From assembly GCA_964016885.1 (NCBI GenBank), contig OZ024754.1, positions 34,720,001 through 34,784,000 of the forward strand: DNA of 64,000 nucleotides, read 5' to 3'. The translations under genes were made by a program, and so were the position numbers. Each line of letters starts with the position of its first letter. The first letter of the stretch is position 1. The stretch is from Eledone cirrhosa (Eukaryota). The notes under the pieces were generated by a model. It had not been told where the DNA came from. It worked only from the letters and a program-made list of their open reading frames with translations, and searched no databases. Positions 1 through 13,222 of the stretch are shown here, piece by piece.

Positions 1-3000
1 ATGGACTCGGTACACACTGTGATATGTCATCCCCTGAGCCATCTTGGAGGACAGTAGCTCTGAAAAAACTACTGACTTTGTTTATAACAACTTGTTTAGT
101 ACATACCTGCATAGAAAGGAGACAAAATGATTGATGAGTATTGTTTACCAGTATTTTTAGATTCTATAAATGATGTTATTACATGTGGTTCTAGTTTTGC
201 ATATTTAATAAATGCACAAGTTGTGTTGAACTCTGTAGATTACTTAAGAAGACTGGCATATTTTATATAAATTATGAATGATATTTACTAGAACTTTGTT
301 TGAATGAACTGGTAAAATAGCTTGCGGTTGGTAGTAACACCAACCAGTATTTACTCCCAGGATGAAATTATTTCAGGCTATAGGTTTGTGGTGTCGCAGG
401 GAAGTTGAACTCCTTTTGATACCAAACTCATTGAAACCAACCCTTGTTCTACAATATTAAGTTGTTTGTTTTAAAGTTTTTATATTTATATAAAAACTTT
501 CTCTCATAAATTTATGCTTAAGACTCCAGATTATTAATGAGAAAGTTATTTTATTAAATATTTCAAAATTTTTGTATATTTTCAAAATGATTTGAAAATA
601 ATATGAAGTGTCTTTTATTAGAAATTGGTAATGAAAGGGTTAGTGTTTAATTCTATACTTTGACTATCAGTCTCTGGTTATTTAATATGATTTGTATCAT
701 GCTAAAGCTTCCATTAGTTCAATTCAAAAAATATTTTAAAGAGAACTTTTGATAATTTGAGTTAGCATTGCTCTATAGTCAATTAATTTTATATTCTAGA
801 GGGGTTAGGTTGAATCATAGTCAGGCTTTGGTAACTAAATTGGCAAAACCACTTTAGAATTTCACTCTGGTGTGTAGTGGGGGCTCCAGTAAGTGTTTTG
901 AGTCTAGCATTGTTGATTCTCTTGTTAACTTCTTCACCTGGTTGTCTTATCAGATATATTGGCCTTGTCTTTCCTCTGTCCCAGGGAAACCCAGACAAAG
1001 GAAGCCCCTTAAGTTTAAGGACAGTTCCAAGTGACTTAAATCAGTTCTAGCTACATGTACTGACTGTTGATCAGTGGTGTTGCTCCTGTATTTTCATGAA
1101 TTATGTGCCATTTATAGTATTTCTAGTTTGTGACATTTAAACTCTATGGAGTCTTTTGTTATATATAATCCACCATCAGTTTATCATCATTTTTATGTCT
1201 CTTGGAATGGGTTAGACAAGATATTTTAAAGTATTCTACAGCTAGATGCCCTTTCTGAGGCCAACCCATATTTTTTATATTAAGGGTTTTGTTCGACTTA
1301 AGTTTTCACACAGAACCAGTGAGCTGCAAGACATGTCCCCAGACACATATAATATGCACAGCTTCAGTCAGTCAATTTCACTCACAAGACATTGGTCAGC
1401 TTGAGGCAGCAGAAGACATTTGCTCGAGGTACCATGCAGTGGGTTTGAACCTGAAACCATGTGGTTGCAAAGAAAACTTCCGAAACACACAGCCATGGCT
1501 GAGCTTATCCAACCTTGTATAATGGTTACTGCATTACTCAGAATAGTGGAAGTTGGTTTTAGAAATTATTTTCAAAATATTATTTATACTAGCAGAAAAA
1601 CCACCCTAGCATGTGTAATGTGTATATTGATATTATATGCAGGTATATATACATGTAGATATGATACATCAAATAAAATCGTAATTGACAATATATAATA
1701 CATAGAAATTGAATGAAGACTGTGTTACACTGTCTTATTTAATCAGTAACGTAATCCATGATACATTAAAAAAGACGATATTATATATAAACTGCATTAG
1801 GAGAAAATTAGTATGTTTATTTACGCGATGGCCAACCGGAAGTGTTGACATTTCAGAAATTTTAAAGAAGTGAATCTTTAAATAAACAAAATATATTTAA
1901 TCAACAGCCACGAAATTTAGTAGATAAATTTAGTAATATTCATTTATTATTTATTCAAAGTAATCCAACTTATTTTACAAACGGGATAAAAAAATATATT
2001 CTGGACGCTTTCCCGCACTCCTCCCTTTATTTTAGTTAAGATGTCAATAACCACATAAAATATGGAATTGAATTCTAAATATTTGATAGTATTTGAAATA
2101 ATTATTTATCCAAAATTTAATTAGAATTGTTTTTTCATTATTACAAAGCTTAATTAACTTGTCTATAAACAAACTGAATGGTATTAGTGCCAACATTTCT
2201 TGTTTTACTGATAGACAATACATTTTTTCAGAAAAATATTTTGAAATTGTTTAATAATAGAAACAATTTTCTTATTTCTGTCACTCAAGAAGGGCAATGA
2301 TTGTTTTGTCAAGAAATAATTTTAATGTGCAAATTTAGTACTGATTTCTTTTCAGTGAAGTGAATATATATTTTAATTTCTATCATTATTTTACAGTGTT
2401 ATATATTATATTGTAATAATATTGTCTATGACACGTTATTGTTGTTTAATTAGTATGCTGGCATTCAGCATATTTTTTATTAGCATATGGAACTTGATAC
2501 AGCTGATTGATGAGAGCACAAGATGAAAGATATTCAATCTTTAGTTTTGCATTACCTTAGATGAAGATTCTTCAGCGTTGTTGGAAGCTTTTTTTTCAAG
2601 AACCTCTAACTCCAAACACAAGGAAATGGTATAGGAACTTTTGAATATAGTTCTCAATTGGAATTTTGTTTTTAAATATTTTTCATTTTATATGTTGTCT
2701 AACAATCATTATTAGGAAGATATATAACTTTTCATTTAATAATAAAAAAAATTTTCAATTTGATATGCATGTCAAACTTTATAGACCAAACTATTTCTTC
2801 TATTTCCTAATTCATACATTAACTAACTTAAAAATTAGCTAAGAAGTTACTAACTCATTCTCATCTTTTGTAATATGGTGGCTATTTCAACTTCCATGGA
2901 AAGTGGAGACTTTCTAAAATGTGTTGAAAAGAAAATTAACTCATTTACAATGCTTGCTTTAACCATAAAAGCAAAACTTTAAATTGTTTTCCTTCTTAAT

Positions 3001-3950
3001 AATCTGAACTTCCTTCACTCACATCAGAGGCGAATGAGGAAAAATTTCCTTTCATATGACTTTTATAGTTTTATTCATATTCTCTAATAGCTTTCTGGGA
3101 AAAATTGCCTTTTTTGAAAGGACTGGTTATTTTTGTTTACTTAAAATGCTGTTGAAATCAAATCAATTCAATTCCATTGATACTTTAATGAAGACATTAA
3201 TATGTTTTATTTCTCATATTTCAGTTTTGACTCTTAGCTAACTTTTCATAACAAATCACTTACATTACCTATTATCCTTATTAATAATTATATTATTTCT
3301 GGCTCTACACAATAATTTAGATCTTTCGTAAGATAGTTTGATAGCTAATATTACATTGAGTCAGTATTATTTTTCATACCTCTTAACTTTACTAAAATAA
3401 CATCTACTTATTTTTTTACTCACTGATACATTTTAAAAGTAAATCACCTTAAAGTCAAATGATCTACTTTTATTTTCTAAATTATTTCAATTTTGTTTAG
3501 AGGGATCTTGGGTACATCATATATTGGGCTCTTAGGTACACATATATAGGGATCTTGGGTTAATTCATAAGGTTCTTTGTTGGATTCTGTTATGGTCTGG
3601 TTTATAGGACAATTGATTTTCTACCGAATTCCTAAAAATGGCTTTTGAAGTAGTCTGGTTCTAGTTTTTCCACACTCCAAAAGAAGCAATAATAATGATA
3701 ACTTCTTAAATAGCTTTAGAAATCATCAGAAATAATCTGTTACTTCACCTAAATACAGATTAGACATCTTTCCATTGGAAATCTAGTAATTTTGGTTTGG
3801 TTTGTTTTGTTGTATTGATTCCAGTTCATTCTAGAATTGTGTTATCTCTGCCCCCATCCTCAAAGACAAGGAAAGCAGATGAGATATCCTCATTAAGATA
3901 ATGATACAGTTGTTAAGCTCTTTGAGGACATTTGCATGAATTTAATAAAT

Positions 3951-4340
3951 GAAGGCGCATGGCTTAGTGGTTAGAGCATTGGGCTTGCAATCGAAAGGTT
4001 GTGAGTTCAATTCTCGGACTGGGTGATGTGTTGTTTCCTTGAGCAAGACACTTTATTTCACATTGCTCCAGTTTACTCAGCTGTAGAAATGAGATGATAG
4101 GACTGGGGTCCCTATCATTCCACTGCAAAGTGGTCGTGGAGGTGCCACAGCAAAAAAGCACCCAGCACTCACTGTAAATGAGGTTGGTTTTAGGAAGGGC
4201 ATTCAGCTGTAGAAATCAAGCCAGAATCAGTTCTCGTATGAGCAAGACAAAGTCAGCCGACTGGACACTGCCCACAACAAGACAACCCGTCAAACCCATG
4301 CTAGCGTGGAAGAACGGCCGTAAAACGGTAATGATGAAGC
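3951..4340 (+). mobile_element. tRNA-derived SINE, family A (CORE-like centre, LINE-like tail)
   Basis: A box TGGCTTAGTGG, B box GAGTTCAATTC, TCCTTGAGCAAGACACTT core. Near-identical copies at 10627 and 42400. Confidence 0.9.
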
Positions 4341-4412
4341 ATTGTCATGAAAGAAGAGTTTTATTTGAGACAAAAACTGGCATAAATAATCTTGAGACTC
4401 CTCATGACATAT

Positions 4413-5432
4413 CTACTCAATAAATTTACTGATAGCATTGATAACTGTTTCAATACAAAGCCTGAAATATTGACATGCCCAAATCAGATAATCTTTATGT
4501 ATTTTGGGCATTGTGCAAATTATGGCAGGCTTCAGAGATATAGTGTTATATGGGGCGTTGGTTGGCTTCCCTCTCGACTACGCCCCATACTTCGTAATCC
4601 AATGGATTCAGGTCTGGGGAGATAGGAGGCCATATGTTTGAGGGGGTGACATAATTGTGGAGATTGTAACTCATTCATTCTTGGGTTGTCTTGGCCTTAT
4701 GAGGAGTGCACAGTCTTTTTGTTAGGTGTACAGTCTTCCTTTGCTCATGCTCTCTATCTAAGGCCACACAACCTTCTCCAATACCCCATTATAGTCAGCA
4801 GCATTGACCCATAAGCCCTGAGGAAAGAAGTAAAGAGGCATGACATCTCCTTCACTGCTCACAACTTCCAGAACCATCACAGTTGCTGAACACTGTGTGT
4901 ATGACCGGTGGAACATCTATAGGTTCTCTGCACAACTAACTGTCATTGTTTTGGTTGACCTTTTGTCTTGATCTAAGTTTTTTTCACATCAGAGAAAAAC
5001 CAAAGCATTCCAGTCACTTGATGTTTCAACTTGCTCAACAACACTTTGCCCAATCAGACTGTTATCTTTTGTCTTTGCAGACATGAATTGGTCTCTCTGT
5101 ATCACAAATATCTTGTATCAAAACTCCTCATACATAATTTTTCCGATAATATGCTTTGAAACTTAGAGCTCCTGAGCAATGGCACTAATTGACTTTCTGG
5201 AGTTCTTATTGATAATTTTCTGTACCTTACATATGAATTTAGATGGTCTTATGGTATTTGGACACTTAGCAAGCGTTTTATATTTTGCTACTGCTGTAGA
5301 ATCCCTGTCAGTGGCTCCCAGCTCTTTGCAAACTTTGACAACAAATGACCGTGCAACTGTCAGGAAGCGAACACTTTCTCAATCAAATACAACATGCCTT
5401 TTCATTTGCTGAGTCAGCTTGATGTTTGCCAT
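4413..5432 (-). mobile_element. Decayed Tc1/mariner-superfamily transposase (maT/DD37D-like)
   Basis: Minus-strand translation with stops and frameshifts: LWFFSD, VMVLEVVSSEGDVMPLYFFPQGL, IWPPISPDLNPLDYEVWGVVE, ending KFIE*. Confidence 0.88.
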
Positions 5433-5529
5433 AATTTATCTGAAAAAAAAATGATAATCAGAACAAATAGAGAAAAGTTAGAGCTATTAAAAGCTGTGTC
5501 CTCAAAGAATTGAGCAAGCCTGTATCTTC

Positions 5530-5700
5530 TATTCATAATTGTTTCTACTTTTGGCACAAGACCAGCAATTACCCAGTACATTACTGGTACTTTATTTTAC
5601 CGACCCCGTAAGGATGAAAGGCAAAGTTAACCTCGGTGAGATTTGAACTCAGATCATAAAGGGACGTAACTCTATGCTTCAAAGCATGGCGTCTGACCCT
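5530..5700 (-). mobile_element. SINE family B copy
   Basis: Reverse complement of GCCTTTCATCCTTACGGGGTCGGTAAAATAAAGTACCAGT, shared with the copies at 32098, 49283, 59425 and 60920. Confidence 0.85.
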
Positions 5701-6995
5701 TAGATAAAATATAGTATTGATCTGATTCACATTTCAGATAAAACTACCCTAGTCTCACAATTTTACACAGCTCAGCATATTAAGAGTTCAAATACTTGGT
5801 TGTTTTCCCAAATTTTATCTAGGAGTAGAAATAGCACGGTTAAGTTATAATCTATGTTTCAAGAATTAGGATTAATATTAAAATAAGCAAGCAAGAGAAA
5901 CTTCCAATAGTTACATATAGTTTAGAGATAGTTACAATAGTTACATATAATTTAGTGATAATTACAATAGTTACATATAATTTAGTGATAATTACAATAG
6001 TTACATATAGTTTGGTGATAGTTACATATTATTATTATTATTATTATTTCCATTATTATTATCATTATCATCATTTTCTTGTCATTCTATCCAGTTTTTC
6101 TCTCACATTGTTATTGTTTATCTTGTTGGATGGCTCTTGATTTTTCTGCAAAGAGAAGTTTCTACAAAGACAGAAGATGAAATATGATATGCTACTACTG
6201 ATCAATGCAACAGCTATTCAGATTGACCATATGGATTGATTGGCCCTCATCAGTGTCTCTGCCACATTTCCTACTAGTAACTCTGTCTGTTGAAATGAAC
6301 CTGAGAATATGCTTTTCTCTTCCAGCCATATACCAAATTCTACTTCCAATCCATCTTCAGAGCCCCCATCAGCAAGGCCTAAGGGTCATGCAAAGTCAGC
6401 CAGCACATGTCAACCATCACGAGTCCCAGATTTGCCACCTATTAGTTCAGACACATCTGATACCTATAGGCCAACGTAAGTACAGATTGGTGCTACAACT
6501 GCTAGAAAAATTAGTTCCTTGCCATGGCGATTTGAATTTTGATGGTTCTTTGGATTTTTGAAATATGTTGCCATTTGTATTCCACCACCTCCTACATCGG
6601 ATGACTATTCCCTCCTCTCTCCCTCTATTTTTTCTGTCAATTATTGTCTGCTTTTTATCTAACACTCTGCACCATCTTGCATGATTCTTTGTTCAGGATA
6701 TTTCCATTCCTTTACATCAGTTTCATTATTTCTCTCTTTATAAAAATTCCATTTTTCTCCCTTTTATTTATATTTAGAACTTTCTTTTCCAACTAAGTTT
6801 TTCATCAAATTGAAAATTTTGTGATGCAGTTCTCATTTAAGTTTTTCGCCAAACCCCACAATCATTTAAACAAAATGCAAAACAAATATAGAGAATAATG
6901 CAGTGAAATAAACCTTAAATAAGTATTTTTGCCCTCAAAAGTTGATATCCATTTATTGTTTTTTGTTACAGGAGAGTGTAAATTTGAGAACTAAC

Positions 6996-7036
<41 letters not shown>

Positions 7037-7469
7037 CTATTGGTTTGTCTGTTGAGGTGTAGATATAAATGGTTTTGAAAAAGAATTAGCTTCCAAGTAT
7101 TGCTATAGTTAATGTTGTATATAGTTCAGTTCACTTGCTAAAGTAAAAATATTTTTTTTAGTTATATAAATTTTTCTTAGACAACACTTATTTAAAAAAA
7201 AAAATGTCATCAAAGTTTCTGTCTTCTGTGCAGATAGTTTAAATGGAACATGTTTTGTTCAAGTATTTAACATCATTTACCTCATATCCCACAATTATAT
7301 GGAAATAATGTTAATAATAATAATGATATTATTAATAATAATTAATTTTTATCTAATTTTACAGTTACATAATAAAACTAAAACCAAATTATTTCCACTA
7401 AAACTGAATTTCTAATGATTAGTGTATTTCCTAATTAATGAACAGCTCATGTTTTAAAACATATCTTGC

Positions 7470-7745
7470 ACATATTTGTTAATGTGTGTCTGTAAATGTG
7501 TGAATATGTACACATATATGTCTGTAAATGTGTGAATATGTACATGTATATGTCTGTAAATGTGTGAATATGTATATATACATATATATATATATATGTG
7601 TGTGTGTGTATGTCTGTAAATGTGTGTGTATGTGTGTCTGTAAATGTGTGAATATGTACATGTATGCGTGTGTGTCTGTAAAAGTATGAATATGTATACG
7701 TGTGTGTGTATATGCACATGTACATGCATGTTTGTATGTATGGAA
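7470..7745. repeat. TG/TA-rich compound repeat
   Basis: Repeated tgtctgtaaatgtgtgaatatgtaca units. Confidence 0.85.
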
Positions 7746-8274
7746 TTGCACAACATTTTTATTTTTTTATTTATTGTTTATTTATGTGTTTATTTATTTC
7801 CAGATGTTAAAACATTGTTTTATGTGATCTTGTGGGTTTTTTCCATCCCTGTTTTGTTTTTTGCTTTTTATCTCACTAATATGTTGAATCTTGTGTTTCC
7901 ATTGTTTCCTTTTACTTTAAAAAAATGTTTTTGTTTGTGTTTTTCTTGGATGTCTGAGTGCATATTAGAAACAGTTTTCAATATTGTGTATTATCAATAA
8001 AGTTCTTCAGGAGGTTATAGGGATCACCCAAATCAAAATATAAGCATCCTTATTTTACACCAGCTTTCCATGTTGGTATGAATTGGATGTGTTGCCCCTG
8101 TCTATGACCAGATTGGTTAGGGAACCACATCTTGTCCATGTGATCTACATTTAGCATGGTTTCTGCAATGGGGTGCTCTTTCTAATGCCAACCATTTTAC
8201 AGAATGCACCAAGTGCATTTTATTGTGACACCAGCATTGCTACTTTACAGAGTACTGGTAGCATTTTATCATGA

Positions 8275-8875
8275 CTCCAACACTAGAGAGGTTGTCATAT
8301 GATTGGTATGGCTGGAGAGTCTTCTCTACCCTCTCTATATTGTGTCTGTTTGATGACCAACCACTTTACAGTGATTCCAACACTAGAGAGGTTGTCATAT
8401 GATTGGTATGGCTGGAGAGTCTTCTCTACCCTCTCTCTATTGTGTCTGTTTGATGACCAACCACTTTACAGTGATTCCAACACTAGAGAGGTTGTCATAT
8501 GATTGGTATGGCTGGAGAGTCTTCTCTACCCTCTCTATATTGTGTCTGTTTGATGACCAACCACTTTACAGTGATTCCAACACTAGAGAGGTTGTCATAT
8601 GATTGGTATGGCTGGAGAGTCTTCTCTACCCTCTCTATATTGTGTCTGTTTGATGACCAACCACTTTACAGTGATTCCAACACTAGAGAGGTTGTCATAT
8701 GATTGGTATGACTGGAGAGTCTTCTCTATATTGTCTCTGATGACCAACCACTTTACAGTGTCACCAAACACTAGAGAGGTTGTCATATGATTGGTCTTAC
8801 AGGAGTCTTCTCTACCTTATAGTGTCTGTTTGATGACCAACCACTTTACAGTGTCACCAAACACTAGAGAGGTTG
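8275..8875. repeat. 100-bp tandem repeat, about 4.5 near-perfect units plus 2 shortened units
   Basis: Identical ORFs start at 8299, 8399, 8499 and 8599; unit ccaacactagagaggttgtcatatgattgg...ccaaccactttacagtgatt. Confidence 0.95.
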
Positions 8876-10626
8876 TTAGGTATTTAACATGTACAGAGTA
8901 TCCTAAAATATACCTGCTGTAAATATGTACTCATATCAATAGAAAGTAATTATTTAGCCCCACACACACTCACACCAGCTAGACCCTTGAATATTTCAAA
9001 TAACCCTACTCCTCTTAGAATAGTATTTTTATGTTTAGTATAGATCAATATTACCATCATTATTGTTTTAATGCCTGCTTATCTATGGTGGCATGAGTCA
9101 GATGTGACATTTTTTGAGTCAGGTTTTCTATGACCTGATACCAACTCAAACTTTATTTCTAATTCTGGTATATACCACTCATCTTCATTGAACCAACTAT
9201 CTGTGTTATGTTTTGTTTATGCAGGACATAAACAAGGGCCACCATTTACTTAAAACAATGTTATGAAAAGACACAGACACACACTCATACATATATATAT
9301 ACATGCACATCTCTCTCTTTTTGGTCTTCTTCATAGTTTCTGTCTACCAAATTCACTCATTTGTTGGTCTGAAGCTATATAAGACTCTTGCGGAAGGGGC
9401 TGGATCTTGAAATCATGTGGTTGCAAAGTGAAATTCTTAACTACACAACTATGTCCACCATATAGAGCAGAGTACAAAAAATATTGTCATTTAGGCTAAA
9501 AAATTTCCCAAATTGCTGTTATTGTAGGGAATTCCAGTTATCAGTATGCTGAGATTAACTGAAATATCAGAGAGCCTTGCTTTGATATTGTTCTGTTGGA
9601 GCAAGGTACGGCACGACCAACTGGTCAGGCTTGTCTCATAATGCAGACAACTTGTTTAACCCATGCAACCGTGGCAAAATAGATGTTAAACGGTGATGGT
9701 GATCATCATCCTCATCACTGTTTTATGTTTGCTTTTCCATGTTGGCATGAGATGAGATGAACGAAACAGTTTTGCTGCACTGTTTTATAGCTGGTTCCTT
9801 TCCTGATGCCAATTCATACTTAATTTTTCTTTCCCTTAAGTATTGTAACCTATTACACCTATTTCTGTTGAACAACTTCGGCTGCAGGCCATCATGAAAG
9901 AGCACCATTGCTTAAGCAGTATCAATGTAAAAAGAAAGAGAGAGAGAGATGCACACATCAGTCTCAGCCTATATAGAGGCACAGACACATGTATCAGCCT
10001 CAGACTACACACACACACACACCACCCACCACACACCACACATACCACACACACCACACACACACACACACTAGCCTCAGACGATATAGAGAGACACACA
10101 TACATATATCAGCCCCAGACTATAGAGATAGAGAGAGACACACACATCAGCCCCAGATTATATTGTCTCAAACATGCCCACTGTGCTGCACAGTGAGATT
10201 AAAGCTGAAACCACATGGTTATAAAGCAAACTTCTTAACCACACAGCCACATATACAATTACAGGCTTAATCTTGCTAAAGTTGACCTTTCCTTTCAATT
10301 CTGTGAAATTGATAAAGCAAATATGTTTCAGTAAGTTAATATTCTATACTCACTAGCAACTTCTTAACTACACCGATGTAACAGTATAAATGTTATAATT
10401 TTATAAAATTACTTAGAGTAATTTGTGCCTGCATAAGATAGCATTGTTATCTTTGTTACTGTTGTGTAGCTCCCACTACTATAATTTTGTGCTTTACATG
10501 ATAGAGCTACTGCTCCTCCCTGTCATTAAAACATTCAAGAAACATCATAGGAGGCCAGCTAAACCTACATGTATGTATGTATGTATGTATGTATATATAT
10601 GTATATATATACATATACATATATAT

Positions 10627-10950
10627 GTGGTTAGAGCCTTGGCCTTGCAATTGAAAGGTTGTGAGTTCAATTCTCAGACCGGGTGATGTGTTGTTTCCTT
10701 GAGCAAGACACTTTATTTCACATTGCTCCAGTTTACTCAGCTGTAGAAATGAGATGATAGGGACTGGGGTCCCTATCATTCCACTGCAAAGTGGTCGTGG
10801 AGGTGCCACGGCAAAAAAAGCACCCAGCACTCGCTGTAAATGAGGTTGGTGTTAGGAAGGGCATCCAGCTGTAGAAATCGAGCCAGAATCAGTTCCCGTC
10901 CCACCCTTGCAAGCAGGGAAAAAGCGGACGTAAAATGAAATGATGATGAT
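10627..10950 (+). mobile_element. SINE family A copy, slightly 5' truncated
   Basis: Aligns to 3967-4230; ends in a (TGA)n tail. Confidence 0.9.
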
Positions 10951-11177
10951 ATATATATGTGTGTGTGTGTGTGTGAGCTGTAAATTTTATTTTTTGTTTT
11001 TCTACTGCAAACTACACAGAATCAGTTTGGTATATCTTAACCTATGTTTTTTTTCAATAGAGGTTATTAGTTTATTACTGATTCAAATTATAAAACTTTA
11101 AGTCAATGAAGTATACCATTTCTTAGCAGCTACGGTACATACCCAATGGAGTTAACTCTGTTTCAAGTATTTGGTCT

Positions 11178-11515
11178 AGGTCCTTGATTTGAGGATATCT
11201 CCTCCCTGCTCCCCATCTCCCCTAGCAGAGGCCCTGATCTGAGGATATCTCTTTCTCCTGCTGAGGCCCTGATCTAAAGATATCTCTTTCTCCTGCTGAG
11301 GCCCTGATCTAAAGATATCTCCTCCTCTAGCAGAGGCCCTGATGTAAGGATATCTCCTTCTCCCCTGGCAAAGGCCCTGATCTGAGAATATCTCCTCTAG
11401 CACAGGCTCTGATCTGAGAATATCTTCTTCTCTCCCTGCTCGCCATCTTCTCTAACAGAGGCCTTAATCTGGGGATATCTCCTTCCATCCCATCTCCCCT
11501 AGCAGAGGCCCTGAA
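11178..11515. repeat. Degenerate minisatellite (~30-45 bp)
   Basis: Repeated gaggccctgatct-ga/aa-gatatctc motif. Confidence 0.85.
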
Positions 11516-11949
11516 AACGTCACAGATGATATACATTTGGAAAAACATATACAAAATACAAAAAAGCACTTATTTGTTTTCTGAGGACAGGTTTTGTTTT
11601 GAAATATTTATATTTCTTGGCCTACCTTTGTCTTAATTATTGATATATTAGAATAGATTAGAAATCATCTCTGTAAGAATTAAATTTCTCATTTATACAC
11701 GTGTGTGTGTGTAAGAGAGAAAGAGAATGTGTGTGAGTGAGAGAGAGAGAGTAAATAAGTGAGTGTGTATGAAAGTGTGTTTGTGTGTAAAAGAGAGTGT
11801 ATGTTTCTAAATCAGTGTGTGTGTGTGTGCAAGAGAGGTTTGGGTGTGAGAATGTGTGTGAGTGATTGAGTGTATGAGAAAGTGTGACTGAGTCTGCAAA
11901 TGAAATAATAATTTTGGTTTTTATCTCATGATTTCCCTTTTGTTTTCAG

Positions 11950-12177
11950 ACCGGCTCAAGGGAAAACTTCAATTCCCTTATCCCCTGCTGCCATCAAGCC
12001 TTTATTCCGGGGCACAGCAGGCCGCAATACATTCCACGGAGGCCACATTAGGGACCGACGGCAGTTCAACCAATATAACGGCCCAGGTGTTCCTGGACAT
12101 GCTCAGGATACCACAACCGCCGGACAAGTATCTCGAGTGTCTTTCCTGAACAAACTAACTTCAAAATTTAGTCGAAG
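11950..12177 (+). CDS. MARK: MARK/PAR-1 kinase, spacer/pre-KA1 exon (228 nt, phase 2-2)
   Basis: Boundaries ttgttttcag|A ... CGAAG|gtaagt. Translates PAQGKTSIPLSPAAIKPLFRGTAGRNTFHGGHIRDRRQFNQYNGPGVPGHAQDTTTAGQVSRVSFLNKLTSKFSR(R), matching the MARK-family RGxxxRxTFHG and FxxKLTSK motifs. Confidence 0.92.
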
Positions 12178-13021
12178 GTAAGTGGCTAAGGGAGTTACTG
12201 CCTATTTACTGACACTACATCTGTGAAGGGAGAAAATATTGCTGTAATTGACTCATGACCATCGACCAGCTCCCACAGAGAAACCTTTGTTTGTTTTTTT
12301 TTTTATTCCATATCCCCCAACTCTTAATTCTTAGATTAGTTACACACTCACTGTGTTGTGACTGATTATATAATATTGTCACTATGTGACTAATTTTTAC
12401 TACTTTCCCATAGACGGATTTTTAGAGTCTAAAACTATGTTGATCTTTTAGTCAGCACTATTCAACAAAGGCTTTGTAACAAGAACAATAAAGTATTTAA
12501 AAAAATATACATATTATTCTATCGTAGTTTATCTTTTTCTTTGAGTAGATTTAGACATGAAATTCTAAAGAAAAACCTTTTTGTTTTTCTTTTTTCTTTT
12601 TTGTCTTCCTCTGAATTGTAAATATCAGCCTTTCTTCTGGCACCTTGAATTGGTTTGTAAAGTACTTCAGTAATTGAAGTTCTTTACATGCCAAAATAAT
12701 GTTTTAAATCACGTTATCACTGTAAAGTACTTTGCTTCTTTTGAAGTTCTTTACATGCCAAATAATGTTTTAACTCACCTTATCACTGGCCTGGCATTAT
12801 TATTATCTTGTTTATTTTTTTTCAAATTTGTAAAAAAACTTACACTTCACATATTTGATTTTTAGGCACATGTTTTTCAGAAGCTATTTAGAGTTTTTTT
12901 TTTTTTGTTCTTGATTATTTTAGGGTGGGGAGGGGGGTAAATGTAAAAAATTGAGCTGTTTGACAGTCAGTTAATGAATATGATTGTGTTTCTCTGTGTG
13001 TGTGCGTGTGTGTCTAGTAAT

Positions 13022-13110
13022 GTCTGGGCCCGACAGCTGAGCTCTTGCCATTTCAACACCAAATTCCAGACAGGAATATGTTGTCGAAATGAGCTCAGCT
13101 GTCAGGCCCT
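13022..13110. repeat. Short fold-back element; half copy at 15790-15840
   Basis: gggcccgacagctgagctc ... gagctcagctgtcaggccc inverted arms. Confidence 0.75.
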
Positions 13111-13222
13111 CTATACTATATTTATACTTTACTTTCCAAGTATTGAATACTCTGCTGAATTACGGTCTTACTAGTTTAAACTGGTATAAATTCTGAATTA
13201 TATATGTGTATATATATATATA

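Noticed and set aside
1-170. Possible end of an upstream MARK exon at the window start
   Set aside because: No recognisable MARK motif and no convincing donor; context is truncated.
3951-4025. tRNA gene
   Set aside because: The A and B boxes are the head of a multi-copy SINE; no clean cloverleaf.
6100-6720. 118-aa and 72-aa ORFs in a possible old LINE fragment
   Set aside because: No diagnostic motif that I can identify with confidence.
6972-6977. 6-nt microexon GAGAGT; also a 21-nt candidate at 40207-40227
   Set aside because: Frame-compatible, but such AG..GT pairs are expected by chance and the donors are weak.
8275-8875. Regular repeats as a CRISPR array
   Set aside because: No unique spacers, no cas genes, eukaryotic context.
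11928-12149. Supplied 73-aa ORF
   Set aside because: Wrong frame; the real exon reads in another frame with MARK motifs.
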